From: the human T2T-CHM13v2.0 reference genome, Homo sapiens
Reading direction: 5' to 3' (one strand)
Length of the DNA stretch: 64,000 bases
NCBI RefSeq assembly: GCF_009914755.1
Contig: NC_060930.1
The position numbers were made by a program, and so were the translations under genes. Positions within the stretch are counted from its first letter, which is position 1, and the number at the start of each line of letters is the position of its first letter. This document shows positions 43,804-60,759 of the stretch, piece after piece. The notes under the pieces were generated by a model. It did no database searches. It saw only the letters and a list, made by a program, of their open reading frames with translations, and was not told the DNA's origin.

Positions 43804-44129
43804 TTTTTAATGACCATGTGTCCAGCAACCTTGTTAATTCTAAACATGAATTTTAAATCGTTTGTTGATTCTTTGGATGTTCTAGATATATCATCACATT
43901 GTCTGCAAATAATGACAGGCTTGATTTCACCTTTAAAATTTATGTGGAATTTTTTTAAAACCTTGTAACAGAGACTAGATAATTCAGAACATTGTTGAAT
44001 AAGAAGAATAACAAGCATCTCTTCATTTTTCTTGATCTAAGAGGTGGTACTGGGATGTTTTCAGTATCCCAGCATTGAAAATCATGGCTTTATTAATAGT
44101 TTTTCTTTTCAATTAAAAATGTACTCTCC

Positions 44130-44358
44130 TTTGAGAGGCCAAGGTGAGAAGATTGCTTGAGCCCAGGAGTTTGAGACCAGCCTAGGCAACATAGTGAGAT
44201 CTCATCTCTACAAAAAAATTTAAAAATTAGCCAGGTGTGGTGACACATGCCTGTAGTCTCAGCTAATTGTGAGGCTGAGGGAGGAGGATTGCTGAAGTGA
44301 GCCACGATCACGCCACTGTACTCCAGCCCTGGCTACAGAGTGAAACCCTGCCTCAAAA
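44130..44358 (+). mobile_element. Partial AluJ
   Basis: GATTGCTTGAGCCCAGGAGTTTGAGACCAGCCTAGGCAACATAG. Confidence 0.85.
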
Positions 44359-44769
44359 TTATTAATTAATTAGTTAAATAATTTAAAAGGACTCTCATAT
44401 TATTAGTTTAATAGTAATTTTTAGTAAAGAATGGGTATTGATTTTTTAATGTTTTCTGAAATTATCTAGATAATATGGTTGTTATGACTTTGATTCTTAA
44501 TGTGGTTAAAGAAAACATTGATTGATAACCAATTGTTATCCAACTTTAGAGTTTTATAATAAGCCCTACTTGGTTGTGATGCAGCATCCTTTATATGTAT
44601 TATGGAATTTAAGTTTCTAATATTTGTTAATGTTTGAGAGAAATTAGTTAGAAATTTTACTTTTTATGTTGTGCTTGTCATGTTTTATAGTAACGGTTAT
44701 GCTTAAGTCCTAAGAAGGTATGGACACATCCATGTTATTTCTGTAGCAGTTCAGAGTAAATAAAAATTA

Positions 44770-45099
44770 CAGATGGTCCCTGACTCCCTGACTTATAATG
44801 GTCAGTATTCAGTAGAAAATGTAGCTTGAGTACTCATATAATCCTTCCACTTCCACCTTTAGCTATAGTATTCAATAAATTTCGTGAGATCTTCAACACT
44901 TTATTATAAAAAGGCTTTGTGTTATATAATTTTCCCAACTGTAGGCTGATGTAAATGTTCTGAGCATATTTAAGGTAGGCAAAGCTAAGTTACGATGTTC
45001 CATAGGTGAGGTGTATAAAATGCATCTTTAATTTACAACATTTTCAACTTACAATGGGTTTATTGTGAGGTAACACCATTGTAAGTCAAGGAGGATCTG
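44770..45099. mobile_element. MER47A (Tigger5-derived MITE)
   Basis: TA then CAGATGGTCCC TIR; ends GTAAGTCAAGGAGGATCTG. Internal CAACACTTTATTATAAAA..GGCTTTGTGTTA. Confidence 0.8.
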
Positions 45100-47739
45100 G
45101 ATATCCATATACTTGACCCTTTTGTATCCATGCTGGTTTTGTTTGTTTATTTTATCCATTCTTTAAAGAAGGGCTTTACATTTCCAACTATGAATGTGCT
45201 TCCAGTTAAATTTCCAGTTTTATTGTTTAAAAATGTCTTCCATTGTATTTTATACACAATAGTTCTTCCCATTGCTTTTGTCTGATATTAATGTACCATG
45301 CCATTTTTATGCTTACTCTCTCTATGGTATATTTTTCATATTTTTAATTTTAGTACACATGTGTCTATAAATTTTAAATGTCTTTTTTAGCCAGAATATA
45401 GTAAGTGATTTTATCCCATCTGGCACTCTCTGTGTTTAATTGGTATATTTAATTAACTGACATTTAATATAATTATTGATATGATTATGTTTAAGTGTAA
45501 ATTGTATCATTTTTCATTTTTTTCTATGACTTTTTTTCTCTCTTACTCCTTTTTTGCATTCTCTGGGTTGATTAAATATTACTTTTGCACTCCATTTTAT
45601 TTACTGAAAGTACTATTGGCTACCTCTCATTTTACTCCTTTTATAAATGATTGACTTAGGCATATGATATGCAAAGTTAGGCATATTATATTCGAAACGT
45701 ATCATTTAACAAAGTCAGTAGCACATCACACATTGGCGTTTCCCATGTCCTACTTCACACTTCTCAGTTCACATCTGAAAGTTGCTTTTTATCTCTCAAC
45801 TCACACTTAAAGCTTCAATTTCCTACTTTACAAATGCAATGAACTGACAACGGTTTAATTTCATTCCCATATTATAATTGGTGCTAATGTTGTGATATTT
45901 TTCTTTTATATGAGCTATCTCAGATTTATAATTTTTGTTTTAGACAATTAGATACCTTAAGTAAAATTATGAGAAGTAAAAACACACAAACAAACGTACA
46001 TGTATCAATTTATTTACTTTTGGTTTTGCTCATTTTTACTGAAAATATGATTATCTATGTGGTGTCATTATTTTTCATCCCAAATAACTTCATTTTTACA
46101 TAGTGTAGTCCAGCTGGAAACGTTTATTTCATGTTTATCTTTTAAATGATATTTTCACTGGATACAGAAACCTGAAATACAAATTATTTAATTAGACAAT
46201 AAAAAATAGTAGAATAAATCAAGAAGTTCAAATGTTGTTTTATTTTTAACTCAGCAGAATACATAAATATTGACTCAAATAATAGGAAGGAATGGAAGCA
46301 TACATTCTCAATAAGAAAATGACAAGGAGTAAATAACTACCAAATGAAGGAAATTCTAATACATTATAAGAGATTTCTTTTATAATAATGTAAGAATAAA
46401 ATTTTTAAAAACTTAAATGAAGTGTATCTTTTCCTACACAAACATTGTTATCTAGATTTATGCCAACAGAAATATATATATATAATATTTGACATGTTTA
46501 TTATTGTTAAATATCTTTTATACCTGATAATATTCTTTTTTTAGAAATCTACTTTTTAAATGTTAATATAGCCAATCTAGCTTTCTTTGGTGTTTGTATG
46601 GAATATCTTTCTCCACTGATTTACTTTCAATCTGTATTTAAGTGGATGTTTATTTATTTATGGTAGAGTTCTTATAAAATATATATAGCTGGGTCTTGCT
46701 TTTAATAAAATCTGAATTATTTTTAACTGGTAGGTTCAAATCATTTGCATTTAATGTGATTATTCATATCTTGGATTAAAATCTATCATGCTGCTTAGTA
46801 TTTTCTATTTTCCTTTTATTATTTTTTCCTTGTTTCCTCTTTTATACCTTCTTTCATATTATATGATTTTTTAAATTACTGTATTTTTAACTTCATTTAT
46901 GCTTTATTTCTTACTTTGCTCTTCAAAATTTTATTGAGTATACTAGCATTTATAATATTAATCTGTAAGTAATCACAATCTTTCTTCAAATAATATCACA
47001 GTGCTTCATACATAATGTACAAAACTCATAACAATATCATCCCAATTCCCCCTCCCAAGCTTTGTGCTATTGCTTTCATACATTTTATTTTACATATAGA
47101 AACAAACAATATGTTGGTATTATTTATTCTATACACAGTCAGTTATCTTTTAGATTGATAAAAAGAGAAAAAATGAATTGTATAATCATTTCAATTTTAC
47201 AACTTTCTTACTGCAATGCTTGTGGCTATATGACATCTTATTCTTTCTGCCTGAAGAGCTTCCTTAACCAATTTTACTAGTGAAAATTCAATAATATGAG
47301 ATCTTTCTGTTTTTGATTTTTTGAAAAGCTTTAATGTCCTTTTGATTTCTAAGACATATTTTTTGCTGAATACAGAATTCTACTTTGAGGTTTTTTTTCT
47401 TTCAGCATTTAAAAAAATGTCACTCATTGTCTTCTGGTATACATAGTATCTAATAAAAAGTCTGCTGTAATATTGATCTTTGACAACTGTAAGTAATGTG
47501 TCTTCTGACTGGCTGTATTTAATATTTTCTACCTGTATCTTTGTTTCTTGCTGATATTATGTGACATTCTTGGATGTGTGGTTTCATATCTTTCATTTTG
47601 ATAAAAAAAAGAACAATCATTATTTTTTCAAATATTTTTTCTGCCTCATTCTTTCTTATCTTTATCTGGGATCTCAATTACACAAAAGAAGTTAGACCCT
47701 TTGTGTTATTGTGTTATTTCACACATCTTCTGTAGTCTG

Positions 47740-48092
<353 letters not shown>

Positions 48093-48283
48093 TAAATTGT
48101 GTCATTTCTATTGTACTATCTTCAAGCCAATGATTCTTTTTTCAAATATATCAAAATTTTATAATAAGATCATCAGGCATTTTTAAATGTCTGTTACTAT
48201 ATTTTATTAGATTACCTTAGTTTTTCATCTGTGTTTTTTTTCTGAAGAGCACCATGTATTCCTATTGTCCTTTTCCATCATAT

Positions 48284-48489
48284 CAGAGGTTGGTAAACTA
48301 TAAGCCATAGACCTTTCAGCTGTTCTCATAAATAAATTCTTATTGGGATACAGCCCTGTTCATTTATTTATGTTTTTATCTATGGATGTTTTTAGCTTAA
48401 TGGAAGGGTCAAATAATTGTGGCATGTGTTGCATGGCTCTCCAAACTAAACATGTACTTCTCCTTGAAGAAAAATTTTACCAAAACCTG
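48284..48489. mobile_element. MER58A hAT MITE
   Basis: CAGAGGTTGGTAAACT ... TAAATAAATTCTTATTGGGATACAGCC ... ACCAAAACCTG. Confidence 0.7.
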
Positions 48490-48728
48490 CACTAAGCTAA
48501 CTACTACACATATGAAGAAAGCCATTTAAGACCAATGAGACCTTAGCCAAGTGTTTGTTAGAACTTTCAGCCTATCCTTGCCTTGCAGTATTATTAATTA
48601 AGTAAATGTGTAATGATTTGGTTATGCAGCACAATCTGGCTGGTATACCAATGAGCAATAGTCAGATCACAAAAGTTAGAAAAATCAAGCATTTACAATG
48701 AAGTAGAAAGTAAAAAACACGAATTGTG

Positions 48729-48925
48729 GGCCAGGCACGGTGGCTTACACCTGTAATCTCAGCACTCTGGCAGGCCAAGGTGCACAGATTACCTGAGATC
48801 AGGAGTTCAAGACCAGCCTGGCCAACATGGTGAAACCCCATCTCTACTAAAAAATACAAAAATTAACTTTGTGTGGTGGCGGGCACCTGTAATCTTGGTT
48901 ACTTGGGAGACAACAAAAAAAATAA
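48729..48925 (+). mobile_element. AluS with deleted right arm
   Basis: Left monomer plus the start of the right monomer, then an A-rich tail. Confidence 0.85.
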
Positions 48926-49490
48926 GAAGTTGTGTGTTGAAAAACCACATTTTTTAATGAATAAATGGACTAGTGGAATAATAGAATGAACTGACATGGA
49001 TAAAAGAGACTTAAGAGACCTATCATCCGAATGCAGTGAATAAACTTATTTGAATCCTGGTTCACATGAATTGACTATACAATTATATTTTAAGAAACTG
49101 TATAAAATTTTATATGAACTTTTTTATAGATTATGATAAAGGAGAATTTTAGTTTGTTAGATGTAATAACAATTTAGGGCTTCTTAAACAAGTCTACCCA
49201 TTAGAGGTACATACCATATTATTTAAGGATGAAATTATAAACTATATGGGATTTCTTTTAACATATTCTAGCAAAAACAACTGGGTTAATACTTACATAA
49301 AAGAACAGAAATATGTGGATAATTGTTGAATTTAAATTATTAGACACATATGGATTAATTATACATTTGCTTTATTTTTATATATGGTTAACAATGTCAA
49401 AAATAAAACTTCAAAAATTGTATATATATATTCCTACATATATACGTATATAGAATGGGAAAAAATGGAAAAAAGATTATATGGAATAAA

Positions 49491-49757
49491 GCCTGTAATC
49501 CCAGCACTTTGGGAGGCCAAGGTGGGTGGATCATGAGGTCAAGAGTTCAAGACCAGCCTGGCCAATATGTTGAAACCTGGTCTCTACTAAAAATACAAAA
49601 ATTAGCCGGGCTTGGCAAGCATGGTGGCATGCACCTGTAGTCCCAGATACTCGGAAGGCTTGAACCTGGGAGGCAGAGGTTGCAGTGAGCCAAGATCGCA
49701 CCACTGCACTCCAGCCTGGGTGACAGAGGGAGATTGTCTCAAAAAAAAAAAATAAAA
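49491..49757 (+). mobile_element. 5'-truncated AluS with internal indels
   Basis: GCCTGTAATCCCAGCACTTTGGGAGG...TGCACTCCAGCCTGGGTGACAGAG plus A tail. Confidence 0.88.
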
Positions 49758-50112
49758 ACCTATCTAAGGCGCTGGTAAAAGACTATGTCTTGAAAGACAT
49801 TTTTAGCAAAGTATCTCAATATATAACTAGATCATCAATAAAAACCTAAGTTACAAAGCTCTCCAAACATTATCATGATCAATACACTAATGCTGTTCTT
49901 TTTTTTTTTTATACTTTAAGTTTTAGGGTACATGTGCACATTGTGCAGGTTAGTTACATATGTATACATGTGCCATGCTGGTGCGCTGCACCCACTAACT
50001 CATCATCTAGCATTAGGTATATCTCCCAATGCTATCCCTCCCCACTCCCCCAACCCCACCACAGTCCCCAGAGTGTGATATTCCCCTTCCTGTGTCCATG
50101 TGATCTCATTGT

Positions 50113-53931
<3,819 letters not shown>

Positions 53932-53994
53932 TATGATGTTAGCTGGTGATTTTGCTCGTTAGTTGATGCAGTTTCTTCCTAGTCTTGATGGTCT

Positions 53995-55011
53995 TTACAT
54001 TTTGGCATGATTTTGCAGCGGCTGGTATCGGTTGTTCCTTTCCGTGTTTAGCACTTCCTTCAGGAGCTCTTTTAGGGCAGGCCTGGTGGTGACAAAATCT
54101 CTCAACATTTGCTTGTCTGTAAAGTATTTTATTTCTCCTTCACTTATGAAGCTTAGTTTGGCTGGATATGAAATTCTGCGTTGAAAATTCTTTTCTTTAA
54201 GAATGTTGAGTATTGGCCCCCACTCTCTTCTGGCTTGTAGGGTTTCTGCTGAGAGATCCGCTGTTAGTCTGATGGGCTTCCCTTTGAGGGTAACCCGACC
54301 TTTCTCTCTGGCTGCCCTTAACATTTTTTCCTTCATTTCAACTTTGGTGAAGCTGACAATTATGTGTCTTGGAGTTGCTCTTCTCGAGGAGTATCTTTTT
54401 GGCGTTCTCTGTATTTCCTGAATCTGAACGTTGGCCTGCCTTGCTAGATTGGGGAAGTTCTCCTGGATAATATCCTGCAGAGTGTTTTCCAACTTGGTTC
54501 CATTCTCCCCATCACTTTCAGGTACACCAATCAGACGTAGATTTGGTCTTTTCACACAGTCCCATATTTCTTGGAGGCTTTGCTCATTTCTTTTTATTCT
54601 TTTTTCTCTAAACTTCCCTTCTCACTTCATTTCATTCAGTTCATCTTCCATTGCTGATACCCTTTCTTCCAGTTGATCGCATCGGCTCCTGAGGCTTCTG
54701 CATTCTTCACGTAGTTCTCAAGCCTTGGTTTTCAGCTCCATCAGCTCCTTTAAGCACTTCTCTGTATTGGTTATTCTAGTTATACATTCTTCTAAATTTT
54801 TTTCAAAGTTTTCAACTTCTTTGCCTTTGGTTTGAATGTCCTCCCGTAGCTCAGAGTAATTTGATCATCTGAAGCCTTCTTCTCTCAGCTCGTCAAAGTC
54901 ATTCTCCATCCAGTTTTGTTCCGTTGCTGGTGAGGAACTGCGTTCCTTTGGAGGAGGAGAGGCGCTCTGAGTTTTAGAGTTTCCAGTTTTTCTGTTCTGT
55001 TTTTTCCCCAT
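53995..55011 (-). pseudogene. L1 ORF1, full length (339 codons) with three nonsense codons
   Basis: Hand translation gives MGKKQNRKTGNSKTQS... with TGA at codon 49 (54865-67), codon 98 (54718-20) and codon 130 (54622-24). Confidence 0.93.
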
Positions 55012-55913
55012 CTTTGTGGTTTTATCTACTTTTGGTCTTTGATGATGGTGATGTACAGATGGGTTTTTGGTGTGGATGTCCTTTCTGTTTGTTAGTTTTC
55101 CTTCTAACAGACAGGACCCTCAGCTGTAGGTCTGTTGGAATACCCTGCCGTGTGAGGTGTCAGTGTGCCCCTGCTGGGGGGTGCCTCCCAATTAGGCTGC
55201 TCGGGGGTCAGGGGTCAGGGACCCACTTGAGGAGGCAGTCTGCCCGTTCTCAGATCTCCAGCTGCGTGCTGGGAGAACCACTGCTCTCTTCAAAGCTGTC
55301 AGACAGGGACATTTAAGGCTGCAGAGGTTACTCCTGTCTTTTTGTTTGTCTGTGCCCTGCCCCCAGAGGCGGAGCCTACAGAGGCAGGCAGGCCTCCTTG
55401 AGCTGTGGTGGGCTCCACCCAGTTCGAGCTTCCCTGCTGCTTTGTTTACCTAAGCAAGCCTGGGCAATGGCGGGCGCCCCTCCCCCAGCCTAGCTGCTGC
55501 CTTGCAATTTGATCTCAGACTGCTGTGCTAGCAATCAGCGAGACTCCGTGGGCGTAGGACCCTCCGAGCCAGGTGCGGGATATAATCTCGTGGTGGGCCG
55601 TTTTTTAAGCCGGTCCGAAAAGCACAATATTCGGGTGGGAGTGACCCGATTTTCCAGGTGCGCCCGTCACCCCTTTCTTTGACTCGGAAAGGGAACTCCC
55701 TGACCCCTTGCGCTTCCCAAGTGAGGCAATGCCGCCCTGCTTCGGCTCGCGCATGGTGCACGCACCCACTGACCTGCGCCCACTGTCTGGCACTCCCTAG
55801 TGAGATGAACCCGGTACCTCAGATGGAAATGCAGAAATCACCTGTCTTCTGCCTCGCTCACGCTGGGAGCTGTAGACTGGAGCTGTTCCTATTCGGCCAT
55901 CTTGGCTCCTCCC
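55012..55913. promoter_or_regulatory. L1 5'UTR: sense promoter (minus) and antisense promoter (plus), CpG-rich, intact YY1 site
   Basis: YY1 site CAAGATGGCCG at 55894-55904 (minus). Plus-strand donors at 55573, 55658 and 55721. Confidence 0.8.
55467..55682 (+). pseudogene. L1 ORF0, stop at codon 9
   Basis: ATG GCG GGC GCC CCT CCC CCA GCC TAG (55491-93); the canonical stop TGA remains in frame at 55680-82. Confidence 0.85.
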
Positions 55914-58540
55914 CACTAATGCTGTTCTTCTAGACATGTTTGAAATAGGGGCATTGCTATAATGAATGGCTAGCAAGTAGGACAACCTATAAGAAAGGTA
56001 CACAAAATTAATACTTTAAGGCTATATTGCATTTGGCAATGGCAGGTAATCTATTGGGTATGGGTAGAATACTACAAATAAGTGCTTCATTATTTTGCAT
56101 GAGTAAAATTGTAAAAGCAGAAAAGAAGTCTTCACTGATCAGATTTTAGAGCATATTATATTTTACTTGTTTCTATTTTCTCCTTCTTGCAGGTGAGCCA
56201 AGTTTATCTGTTTCGTGAGGTTACACTTGGGTAGAGCATTGGTTGGTAAGAATCTCAATCAATTATGCTCACTGGAATGAGACAAGAACAGAAGTGTACC
56301 TTCCCCTGCCTTTTATAAATTCAATTATGTGTATTTGTTTCATTCCTAGTCCTTGTTTGAATGTGGACTATTGAATATAGGGCAACATTTAAACAACCAA
56401 GAGAGACTAAATTAATTTATATTTAAATCTAATGACAGTCAGATAGTCCACAGAATGAGAGCCCAGGTTTGCATGGGCTGTGTGAACCGCAGGTTTTCTG
56501 AGGATGAGGGAAATATAGGAGAGACATGAACTATTTCTGTGAAGATTCAGGGACATTCAGGTGAATAAAGGTGATTGTAGGTCATTTTTCTGTGAGTCAT
56601 AAGTTGCTATTTTATTGAGAGGCCCTTGGTAAAGCTGCAGTTAACATTTAAGTTGCTGTTTGATTCTTTTGTTCGTATCATACTGGTTTTCTTTTGAATG
56701 TGATATTGTTTAGAGACAGGTTACAAGGTAGCCCAGTTTTATTCAACTTAGAGGAAAGTCTGTCCTCCTAGGTTCTGAGTATAGGTTATCTGTTGGTCTA
56801 TGTTTAGGGTTCTTCTGAGTTCCTATTTTGTTGTATTGTCTTTATCCATCTTTTAATGAAAACTAAAGAGAGGCTGTTTTCCAAATGCGATTTTAAAACA
56901 CAATTTTAAAGTGTTCTTCTCTAGCCTAGATTTTTTTCTTGCGATTTAAACCATAATCACAAAAATCTCCAAAGTCCTTCGCAAACAAACATTGTTTATT
57001 CATTTTCTAGTTACAGAACAAAAATATTAATGCTACTTTAAAACACAGATTTTGATTTTTTTTTCTCAAAGCAAAGCCTATTTTGCAGATACCCCATCAT
57101 AAATCACTGCTATTTGTAATAGTCACATCCATCATTTGACCTTTCTACTGTATATAACATGACAACAAAAATCATGCTCCAAAGAGATAATATTCTTATT
57201 AAATTCTGTGTCCTATTACAGTATTTGGTTTTTAAAATCAGTGAACTCTCACTTCAACATTTTACTAATAACAAGTGGCTAATGCTTGAAAACAACAGAA
57301 ATGACCTTTTTCGGCCCCATGTTAATCCCTGTGTAAAGGACAAACAAGTGTTTTAGCATAAACCAATCCCAGAATGTAACCATGATCTAAAATATACTAA
57401 CAATTAAACAATAATTCAGAGGCTTTGATTTTAAGTACTCTGTGTAACAGATTAAAAGAACGCCATCCACGTATTCCAGGAGAAAAACCAATTAAGCCAA
57501 CCATATAATGAGCAATGATGCTCTCTCACATCTGCCAGCAAAAACAATCAACTTAGTCTATCATAGACTGGTATGTTTCTACTCAGTATTCTATATGGGT
57601 GACTTAAATCAACAAACCAAGTGCACAGAACCAACACTTGGTTATATGGCTGTGAAGTAACAGCTTTAAGAACCAAAGGTCTTTCAAATGGTTTATGGCT
57701 GGTGCTTTAGATCTTGGGTCAAAGTAAGAAGAAAGAAAATTTATAATATTTTTCACGCCATATTTTCTGGATATTTGTCCTCATCTTGTGGTCCTAATAT
57801 TACCTTTTAGTCAATTTGAGAAAATGTTATAAACTTTTCAAAAAGTAAGTTGAGCTTAGGTGATAGGCACTGAGTTCCACATTTTCCTAATATTGGATTT
57901 TTTCCCTGAAAATTAAGACTGAAAGTATCATTGATGTGTTATCTGTTTTTCATTTACTCCAACACTTAGATATTTACGCAATCTTAGAACTAATTTTATT
58001 TAAATCTTTAAAATTATTTCTGGAAGACCATGTCATCTCTGAGTGACTTTTTTTTGTTGCTTTGGAGGGAGGTATCAGTACTCTATTAATAATCCAAATC
58101 ATGATTCATAAGGAAGAGTCATTATTGTATCTTTAGGAACCAAAGAACATGTAAATTGGGGATATTTATATTTAGTCTTTCAGTTTCTCTGGGCCAAACA
58201 AAGAAATGAGAAATGAAACACGTAACATTCAGTCATACCCTTAATACCTTTGTTCCTCAGGCTCCCCAGGACCTGAAGGAAATAAATGGATTTCCAACAA
58301 CTCCAATGAGGCAAATAAGAGCAAACTAAAATTAGCATTCATTTATTCATACTCTCAACAAATATTTATTGAGTGCCTTCTGTATTCTCAGCACAATTTT
58401 GAAATAATGCACAAATGTGCAATGTTATAACTAGATTTTCATATTAACTTTTCCACTTGGTGTATGATTTTCCTTCCGTTCATAAATCTAAGCCTAGTTT
58501 TCTGGGCCAAATAACAAAAACCTAAGAGATTTCATGAGAA

Positions 58541-58576
<36 letters not shown>
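58541..58576. repeat. (GT)n microsatellite
   Basis: About 18 units with one interruption. Confidence 0.95.
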
Positions 58577-58580
<4 letters not shown>

Positions 58581-60111
58581 CATACAGCCCAAAACTTAAT
58601 AGGTATATAAGTATATTCTTGGTTTCTTCATTTGGGAAACTGTCAATCATGGTAAAGATATATGAGCATTTTGGCTATAATCTTACAAACTTTATGTTAG
58701 CACTTTCTCATCAACTGATGTATTATATCAAATAGTATTTCACTGCATTAATGCTTTATGTATCTATTTCACATTTTTACATGATAAAAATACAACTTAA
58801 AAAAATTTATTCATTATTCATGATTATATCTTTAAGTATATGTATATTAAATATTTATCATTTTCCTATTTTTCTATAATCCTATTTAAGGGTCTGGCAC
58901 ATGTTTAATTTCACTCATTTGAACATTTATTAATGTATATATTTATTAAAATATTTATATTTATAGTTTATTCCTACTGATTATTTATAGTTTATTCTTA
59001 ATTTATTCTTATTATTCTTCTTGATTAAGATGTTACATTTATTGATTATATCTATACATTTTGTAAATAGTTAAATACAAAAAGACACAACATATATGAT
59101 CCATGAAGACACTGCTTCTGCCTACCTTAGTAATTCTATACAGCACTTCAAAAGCAACAACTTAAGGTCAAAATGAATAAGTTGATAATTGTTGTAGGAC
59201 TTTTTTCAGTGAATTGTGGAGTATTCTGATAGCCAATAAAAGAGAAGATGAAAGCATTATATGTGTGTAATATTATGAGTGGCTGCAGTTATAATTTTGA
59301 TTGAGAAAAATATCCAACAACATTAAATAGTTTTGATAGTATACAAGTCTCCTTTATAAACGTACTCATTCTTTTTTCGAACACTTGCGTGAAGTACACT
59401 AAATTTATAAGAAAAAATGTTGACTATGGTTTTACTTTAAGTATTATGATGACTATTATTATATATGCTACATTTCATTGTCTATGCTAGGCAGGTGCTT
59501 TACATGCAATAACTAATTCATTAGTAAAAATGGTGTATTGAGAACATACTAGATTTTGATGAAGTTCTAAGGTCAAAGGAATATTTGGTAGTTTTTAAAT
59601 TTTATAAATAATTAAAGCATTATTTAAAATAATGCTGTGGTAAGCATCTTTGCTATAAGCATTTTTGTACATATTATTTATATTTTTCTTAGAAAATATA
59701 TTTTTAAAAGAATCAGCAGGGCCAGATTTATTTGGTGCATCACCACACCATATATGCTGCTTTGCCCAGTGCTGCTAAAGCATGCTCCCACACTAACATA
59801 CTAACAAACAATCTCATAGTTTTAAGGTGGCACATTCTCTATTTTCTCTGTGATAGAAAATCTTTTTATATTCATGGCTAGCCTTATTTCTTTTTCTACA
59901 AATTACCTGTTCAAGTATTCTTGAGGTCTCATTGAGTAGTTAATTTGCAAGCAACCTTTATATTCTCAAGTAAATAATATTGTATAGTTTTTTGTTATAA
60001 CATGTTCAAAAGAAAAAGAGAGCAGTATTTGAAATTATCTTGCATATATTTGTGATGTTATTTAACTAAAATCTTAAGATATCCTTTAAATTTCAAAAAT
60101 TAAGCACAACC

Positions 60112-60423
60112 GGCTGGGTGCAGTGGCTCACGCCTGTAATCCCAGCACTTTGGGAGGCCAAGGCGGGTGGATCACGAGGTCAGGAGATCGAGACCATCCT
60201 GGCTAACAAGGTGAAACCCCGTCTCTACTAAAAAAAATACAAAAAATTAGCCGGGCGCGGTGGCAGGCGCCTGTAGTCCCAGCTACTCGGGAGGCTGAGG
60301 CAGGAGAATGGCGTGAACCCGGGAAGCAGAGCTTGCAGTGAGCCGAGAGCTTGCAGTGCGCCACTGCAGTCCGCAGTCCGGCCTGGGCGACAGAGCGAGA
60401 CTCCGTCTCAAAAAAAAAAAAAA
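60112..60423 (+). mobile_element. AluYb-lineage element (Yb8-like, atypical)
   Basis: 7-bp Yb insertion GCAGTCCGCAGTCC, plus CTAACAAGG, GGGCGCGGTGG and CCGGGAAGC. 17-bp TSD AAAAATTAAGCACAACC (60095-60111 / 60424-60440). Confidence 0.93.
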
Positions 60424-60759
60424 AAAAATTAAGCACAACCTTATATTACAATTTTTGTTTATATTTATTATAGTTATCAGGTTGTTATAGTTACATTATT
60501 TTAAGATGCTTTGTGTGTATATTTTTAACAATGAAACGAATTATTGATGTGTCTCATATATTATTTTTCAAATATAATAACTTAGCTGTAGTTTAGCTAT
60601 AAGAAATACTGTATATGTCAATTGCATCTATTATGTTACATCTGTCACAGTCACCATGTCCTTAGCAATATAACACATGGATAAAGTACGATTACATAAA
60701 TCTTATGGGCAGGGACATTTGTTTATAACTGTCTATTTTTGGTGATTTTTATTCTTGCC

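Noticed and set aside
56380-56760. Possible additional old ERV LTR
   Set aside because: Composition is suggestive, but I could not identify termini or a family with confidence.
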